This document shows, in pieces, positions 56,061-58,036 of a stretch of DNA of 58,036 nucleotides (positions are counted from its first letter, which is position 1; every line of letters starts with the position of its first letter). Below the pieces are notes generated by a model that did not search any database, was not told the DNA's origin, and worked only from the letters and a program-made list of their open reading frames with translations. This DNA comes from a virus (Duplodnaviria > Caudoviricetes): IMG/VR virus record IMGVR_UViG_3300028840_000318, positions 1 to 58,036 of that record; one strand, given 5' to 3'. Both the position numbers and the translations under genes were made by a program.

Positions 56061-57605
56061 TCAAAAATCTCCTTGCATTGCCTGAATGTTCTTGAACATT
56101 ACCCTATATCTGACTTCATCACCAACATGGTCTTCAGCGTCAGTGTTCACGTCATCAAGGTCTTTGTGACTTCTTGGCAGCACTGGCACTGTGCGCTTGA
56201 ATTGGTCACAACGGTCAAACACAAACAGTCCGGCGTCTTCACGTGTTTGACCAAATTGCTTGTGACCGTTCTGTAACATCTTCCGCATACGTTGCCAACC
56301 CTGTTTTCTGCTTCCTGGCTTTTTGTTGCTTTTTCGCCACGTCACGCCAACGCTTGACATGTCACCTGCAACGCTTTTGTCAGGGTCATAATCATCAAAT
56401 ATTGAATTGTCAGCGGGTCCGGCCTGCACCCTGCCGGTTAAACCCCAATCTGCTTCACGGTCAAGAATACCTTGCGCAATCTTGTCACCGGTCATGCGCA
56501 CGCCAACATTGGCTTCAAACGTCCAGCCATACCATTCACCAATGCGGAAAAGATCGCCAGGAATATACCCGTATAGCTTCCCTTCCCATTCAATCGGTTC
56601 ACCGTTGCTTTCAGCCCACCAACCAACGCTGAACGGCTTGCTTTGGCCATGGTCGTATGATCGGTTGATTGTCCATGTGCGTGGTATTTCGCTGAAGGGT
56701 ATATTTGGCACAAGGTTATATTTGGGCAACCAAACGTCATCAAACATGCCACCCGCCACAATGTTCCAATCACCATGCACCCACGCCTTCAGTTCTTGCG
56801 GGTTCCTGGCCGCTGCCTTAATACGCATGATGTAATCAGGGTCAGCGTGAAGAAGCACACGGTTTTCATCCAACGTGCCACGGATTGCAACCCGTGGTGG
56901 TTCAAGGTCACCTTCCTTGTTGCGGGCGTCTTTGATTATTGGGCCAATATACTTGTTGTGTGGGATTGGAAGCCTGAAGCGTTCTTTTACCCAATTGTGG
57001 CCAACGCCATACGGGTTGGCTGTGGCCCTGTAACGTTTTGGCACGTTGGCCACGGAAGACCGGCAACATGACATCATGCGCAAATAACATTGCGCGTCAG
57101 GCCAGTTTGTCAGTTCTTCCCAACCAATCCACGGGTATGCGTGGCCGTGATAATTCCAATAGTCTTCAGGGTTTGACATGAAGCTGAAAATAAGCTGTTC
57201 ACCCGTTGGCCATTCCCAAAAGTGGTCTGAACGGTTGTAACGGGCGTCAGGCCATATCTGCTTGAACCACTTCAATGACTTGGCAATGACGTCCTTCAGT
57301 TGCGGGTATGTTTCCCTGAACAGTATGCCGCGCCATTCCTGGCCAAGACCACGGCCACAGAATTGGGCAAAGTCCATCAACAACGCATCTGTTTTGCCTG
57401 GGCCACGCGTGCCTTCATACAGGGCTTCATACACAGGGCAATTCAGAAATATCTGTTGACTTCCTGGCTGTGGGCTCCACGTGATTGGCACAAAGCGCCC
57501 GTCATAATATTTTATGAATGACTTCAACTGGCCGTCATTGGGGTCAACTTGCCAAATGACGTCAGCTTTGCCCTTCAGGTCTTCTTCATATTTCAGGCTT
57601 GGCAT
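56061..57605 (-). CDS. terL: Terminase large subunit
   Basis: GTRGPGKT Walker A, WEEL Walker B, ATANP.G.GH.WVK, nuclease DHG and EDHVGDE.RY. Confidence 0.95.
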   Translation of the reverse strand: MPSLKYEEDLKGKADVIWQVDPNDGQLKSFIKYYDGRFVPITWSPQPGSQQIFLNCPVYEALYEGTRGPGKTDALLMDFAQFCGRGLGQEWRGILFRETYPQLKDVIAKSLKWFKQIWPDARYNRSDHFWEWPTGEQLIFSFMSNPEDYWNYHGHAYPWIGWEELTNWPDAQCYLRMMSCCRSSVANVPKRYRATANPYGVGHNWVKERFRLPIPHNKYIGPIIKDARNKEGDLEPPRVAIRGTLDENRVLLHADPDYIMRIKAAARNPQELKAWVHGDWNIVAGGMFDDVWLPKYNLVPNIPFSEIPRTWTINRSYDHGQSKPFSVGWWAESNGEPIEWEGKLYGYIPGDLFRIGEWYGWTFEANVGVRMTGDKIAQGILDREADWGLTGRVQAGPADNSIFDDYDPDKSVAGDMSSVGVTWRKSNKKPGSRKQGWQRMRKMLQNGHKQFGQTREDAGLFVFDRCDQFKRTVPVLPRSHKDLDDVNTDAEDHVGDEVRYRVMFKNIQAMQGDF

Positions 57606-57615
57606 TGGTGGTGCC

Positions 57616-57972
57616 TTACTGAATAATCAATTTGCGCTGTTCTTCACCACGCACTTTGCGCTTCAATAGCCGGAAGCCTTCAACCGCTGCCGCTGCCGCT
57701 TCACTTGGGTCAATGGTTTCACTGTACTGTTCACAGTGACGTTCACACAAGGCACCACCAAGGCGGGCAACCATGATTTCAAGGTCATCTGCGTCAGCGG
57801 GAATGTCACCCATTGAAATGATGTTCATTAAATGTGGCGCTTTTGAACGGAAGCGCACGCGCACAAAGTTCTTCTTCAACACCTTGTCATGCACATACAG
57901 CACTTCAACGCTTCCACGGTCACCAGTGCGCACGCCTTCATGCACGTTGGTTGTTTCATCATTTGCTTGCAT
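57616..57972 (-). CDS. Hypothetical protein between terS and terL
   Basis: 118 aa, GGGGAG RBS; 5' part also present at 1-80. Confidence 0.7.
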   Translation of the reverse strand: MQANDETTNVHEGVRTGDRGSVEVLYVHDKVLKKNFVRVRFRSKAPHLMNIISMGDIPADADDLEIMVARLGGALCERHCEQYSETIDPSEAAAAAVEGFRLLKRKVRGEEQRKLIIQ

Positions 57973-58036
57973 TGTCTTTGCTCCCCTGTTGGTGGTTGTC
58001 AGGCACGTTGCACGTCATGGCCGTTGTCATTGTCCG
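57893..58036. repeat. Terminal direct repeat copy
   Basis: Identical to 1-144. Confidence 0.95.

Noticed and set aside
34-57521. Numerous plus-strand ORFs
   Set aside because: They are antisense shadows of tightly tiled minus-strand genes, with no recognisable motifs
57893-58036. 144-bp repeat as a physical terminal repeat of the virion DNA
   Set aside because: It starts and ends inside genes, as expected of an assembler circular overlap; termini cannot be inferred without reads
1-58036. Stop-codon reassignment suggested by scarce TAG
   Set aside because: Genes are full length in the standard code and TAG terminates several of them, including ardC and the major capsid gene

Overview
The window is a complete, circularly assembled dsDNA siphophage genome. 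Bases 57893-58036 repeat bases 1-144, giving a unit length of about 57.9 kb, and essentially all credible genes are on the minus strand. Gene content and order resemble YuA/M6-type siphoviruses. Reading leftwards: TerS (107-751, continuing across the junction), TerL, portal, head morphogenesis, scaffold, major capsid, head-tail, tail tube, frameshifted chaperones, tape measure, tail tip, lysis; then a replication block (SF2 helicase, MazG, SSB-like, RecD-like helicase, PolA, nuclease, primase-helicase); then a ~17 kb accessory region of small genes. I see no integrase, tRNA or CRISPR array. Most notable: (1) a phage-borne RlmN/Cfr-family radical-SAM methyltransferase with all catalytic motifs; (2) genome-wide depletion of TCG/CGA and GAG/CTC; (3) an accessory region built from repeated promoter-operator-leader-gene-hairpin cassettes; (4) two 37-bp tandem-dyad elements upstream of sigma54-type -24/-12 motifs; (5) two homologous origin-like AT-rich loci about half a genome apart; (6) a degenerate second ThyX next to MazG. 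All assignments come from motif recognition by eye; no searches were run.
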